A stretch of DNA of 63,339 bases, counting the filler, from Folioceros fuciformis (Eukaryota), in the NCBI GenBank assembly GCA_049999805.1. It is 5 parts of 4 records of this genome, joined end to end, with 100 filler letters (N's around TTAATTAATTAA, not from the genome) between each part and the next. Parts side by side here need not be neighbours in the genome. Positions count along the whole stretch, not along the records: positions 58,681 to 63,339 come from JBNGIO010006390.1; 4 more parts are not named here. The stretch is one strand, 5' to 3'. Shown here piece by piece: positions 60,781 through 63,339 of this stretch (position 1 is its first letter; each line of letters starts with the position of its first letter). The notes below the pieces were generated by a model. That model searched no databases. It had not been told where the DNA came from and saw only the letters and a program-made list of their open reading frames with translations. Made by a program: the position numbers and the translations under genes.

Positions 60781-63339
60781 TCATGGTCGACCCTTACAAC
60801 TGCAACAACCATTTGCGAATCGATGCACACGGTACCCATCCCTCACAACAATGTCTCTCTGCTCAAGCCTCGACATGATCGCCGTCGAGCTGTGGCAATC
60901 ACTGCACATGCGTAGATTCTTGGTTACCATCAGAGGTGTCCCATTCGGAGTGTTCAACAGACCAAACGCCAGAGCTAGCTTCTCAGCATGCCCACAAAGC
61001 ACGTCTTCCTTTTCCTTCTCACTCAGTGGCTTCAACACCAACTTTGTGTCAGGTACGTGGCCTCCTTCCTGCTTCACACGCGCATTCGTGCTCTCTACCT
61101 TAAGCGCAATATCCTTTCTCCTGTCTCCCACCAGAAATCTGTGTACCTCCTTATTCACCTCAATGCTTGCCACTGCTGGCTTCTTCTTAGCTCCTGCTGC
61201 CTTTCTCTGTGTTTCAATCCTGTCTACATCGGTCCACCTACCTGCATCTGCATAGGCATTGGCCATGAGAACATAGGCCGTTGCCTTCTGGGGGTCCAGC
61301 CTAACAATGCTTTCAAAACACCACACAGCCCTCTCTAGATCTCCGTGACTTTTGCAGGCATTCAACAAAGATGTCAAACACACCACTTCACTTTGGCCCT
61401 CACATGATAATAGCATCCTCTCTGCCTCATCTAATTCGCCAGCACGCCCAAGAAGATCAATCATGCAGGCGTGATGCTCAACAGTAGGTATGACACCATG
61501 CTGTTCAGCCATGGAATCAAAGAGCTTGCGACCCTCCTGGACCAGACCCCCATGACTGCATGCTACTAGAAGGCAAGTAAAAGTAGCATCGTCAGGATGA
61601 ACACCGGCAGCTGACATCTCCTCAAAACAAGCTAGCGCGTTGCGACCTTCATCACAAGCACCATACCCCGCAATCAGGGCATTCCATGTAACCACATTCT
61701 TTGTGGCCATGCTGTCAAAAACCTGGCGTGCATCTTCCATCTCACCACATTTTGCGTACATGTCCACGAGGCAGGTGCCCACCACTACCTCATCCAGCAG
61801 ACCTCTGTTCACAATCTGTGAGTGGAGCTCCCTGCCCTTCAGCAAAGCACCAGTGCTTCCACACGCCTTCAGAAGGCAAGCAAAAGTAACACAGTCGGCC
61901 AAAACGACGCCTGCCTCCTCCATCTCTCCATACACAACAAGTGCCTCGTGGCCGAGTCCTTGCTGTGCATATCCAGCAATCAGGGCATTCCATGTCACCA
62001 CATCTTTAGTGGCCATGCTGTCGAAAACGTGGCGCGCATCTTCCACCTCACCACATTTCGCATACATGTCCACCAGGCAGGTTCCCACCACGACATTATC
62101 CAGAAGTTCTCTTTCGACAATCTTCGAGTGAAGGTCCCTGCCCTTCTGCAAGGCACCAGTGCTTGCACACGCCTTCAGAAGGCAAGCAAAAGTAACATCA
62201 TCAGCCAAAACGAGGCCTGCCTCCTCCATCTCTCCATACACAACAAGGGCCTGTTGGCCGAGTCCTTGCTGCGCAAACCCAGCAATCAGGGTATTCCATG
62301 TCACCACATCCTTCGACGCCATCCTGTCAAAAACCTGGCGTGCATATTCCACCTCACCACATTTTGCATACATGTCCACCAGGCAGGTTTCCACGACTAT
62401 ATTATCCAGCACACCTCTGTTGACAATCTGTGAGTGCAGCTCCCTGCCCTTCTGCAAGGCACCACTGCTTCCACACGCCTTCAGAACGCAAGCAAAAGTA
62501 ACACAGTCAGCCAATACGAGGCCTGCCTGCTCCATCTGCCCATACACAACAAGGGCCTCTTGGCCGAGTCCTTGCTGTGCATACCCAGCAATCAGAGCAT
62601 TCCATGTTACCACATCCTTCGAGGCCATCCCGTCAAAAACCTGCCGTGCATATTCCACCTCACCACATTTTGCATACATGTCCACCAGGCAGGTCCCCAC
62701 CACTACATTATCCTGCAGTTCTCTCTTGATAATCTGTGAGTGAAGCTCCCTGCCTTTGTGCAACGCACCAGTGCTTGCACACGCCTTCAAAAGGCAGGCA
62801 AAAGTAACACGGTCAGCCACCACGAGGCCCGCCTCCTCCATTTGTCCATACACAACAAGTGCCTCTTGGCCGAGTCCTTGCTGTGCATACCCAGCGATCA
62901 GGGCATTCCATGTCACCACATTCTTTGTGTTCATGCTATCAAAAACCTGGCGTGCATCTTTCATTCGGCCACATTTTGCATACATGTCCACCAAGCAGCT
63001 GTTAACAAACAAGTCAGTACGGAAGCCACTGCGCAACACGTCGCGGTGCACTGTTCTGCCAGATTCTAAGTCGGCAGCAAATGCACAAGCTTGAAGGGCG
63101 GCTACAAAGACATAACCATTCGCCTTCACTTCTGACCTACGCATTTCATGGTACAGTTGTATGGCCTCCTTCGGCTTCCCGTGCTTAGCATGTGCAGAGA
63201 TTACGGAAAACCACATGAAGACATTCGGTTTCCCTACCCTGTTGAACACATCCATCGCCTCCTTTAGCCTACCTCCACATGCATACATGCGCAAGATATG
63301 GTTCCCCAAATATGCATTCGACTCGTACCCAAGTTTGAC
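60781..63339 (-). CDS. PLS-class PPR-E-DYW protein, DYW:KP / GRP-type (candidate U-to-C editing factor); 5' end outside the window
   Basis: P-L-S triplets, P2-L2-S2, E1/E2, KKKPAVASIEV, CGHAEKLA, MCSDCH, C-terminus CSCKGRP. Confidence 0.95.
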   Translation of the reverse strand, partial: VKLGYESNAYLGNHILRMYACGGRLKEAMDVFNRVGKPNVFMWFSVISAHAKHGKPKEAIQLYHEMRRSEVKANGYVFVAALQACAFAADLESGRTVHRDVLRSGFRTDLFVNSCLVDMYAKCGRMKDARQVFDSMNTKNVVTWNALIAGYAQQGLGQEALVVYGQMEEAGLVVADRVTFACLLKACASTGALHKGRELHSQIIKRELQDNVVVGTCLVDMYAKCGEVEYARQVFDGMASKDVVTWNALIAGYAQQGLGQEALVVYGQMEQAGLVLADCVTFACVLKACGSSGALQKGRELHSQIVNRGVLDNIVVETCLVDMYAKCGEVEYARQVFDRMASKDVVTWNTLIAGFAQQGLGQQALVVYGEMEEAGLVLADDVTFACLLKACASTGALQKGRDLHSKIVERELLDNVVVGTCLVDMYAKCGEVEDARHVFDSMATKDVVTWNALIAGYAQQGLGHEALVVYGEMEEAGVVLADCVTFACLLKACGSTGALLKGRELHSQIVNRGLLDEVVVGTCLVDMYAKCGEMEDARQVFDSMATKNVVTWNALIAGYGACDEGRNALACFEEMSAAGVHPDDATFTCLLVACSHGGLVQEGRKLFDSMAEQHGVIPTVEHHACMIDLLGRAGELDEAERMLLSCEGQSEVVCLTSLLNACKSHGDLERAVWCFESIVRLDPQKATAYVLMANAYADAGRWTDVDRIETQRKAAGAKKKPAVASIEVNKEVHRFLVGDRRKDIALKVESTNARVKQEGGHVPDTKLVLKPLSEKEKEDVLCGHAEKLALAFGLLNTPNGTPLMVTKNLRMCSDCHSSTAIMSRLEQRDIVVRDGYRVHRFANGCCSCKGRP
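62927..63339. repeat. 413-bp direct repeat of 58681-59093 (offset 4246)
   Basis: The two sequences read identical by eye. Confidence 0.95.

Noticed and set aside
60851-63094. Plus-strand repetitive ORFs
   Set aside because: Antisense shadows of the PPR gene.

Overview
Eukaryotic plant genomic DNA, most likely a hornwort (or another seed-free plant with U-to-C organellar editing), judged from the short GT-AG introns and a PPR-DYW:KP protein ending in GRP. The window is at least five contigs joined by artificial N-TTAATTAATTAA-N spacers, so neighbourhoods across those joins are not real. Contig 1 (1-7631) is an intact Ty1/copia element with an extra in-frame ORF upstream of gag-pol and an LTR bordered by both a PPT and a PBS. 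Contig 2 (7732-33492) holds a decayed CRE-like non-LTR element, LTR-derived DNA with a nested Sola-like DNA transposon carrying a ParB-like cargo gene, a protein with an unrecognised 36-aa repeat, two tandem IDN2/FDM-type (zf-XS/XS/XH) genes and CFIm25. Contig 3 (33593-50391) holds LHP1, a filament-like plant protein and an ankyrin-PGG gene. Contig 4 (50492-58580) is nested, degenerate copia and LTR DNA. Contig 5 (58681-63339) is a tandem or circularly permuted PLS-PPR gene that joins an N-terminal OSB-type PDF ssDNA-binding motif to a DYW:KP(GRP) deaminase-like domain; this is the most striking signal. All family calls come from motif recognition by eye, with no database search.
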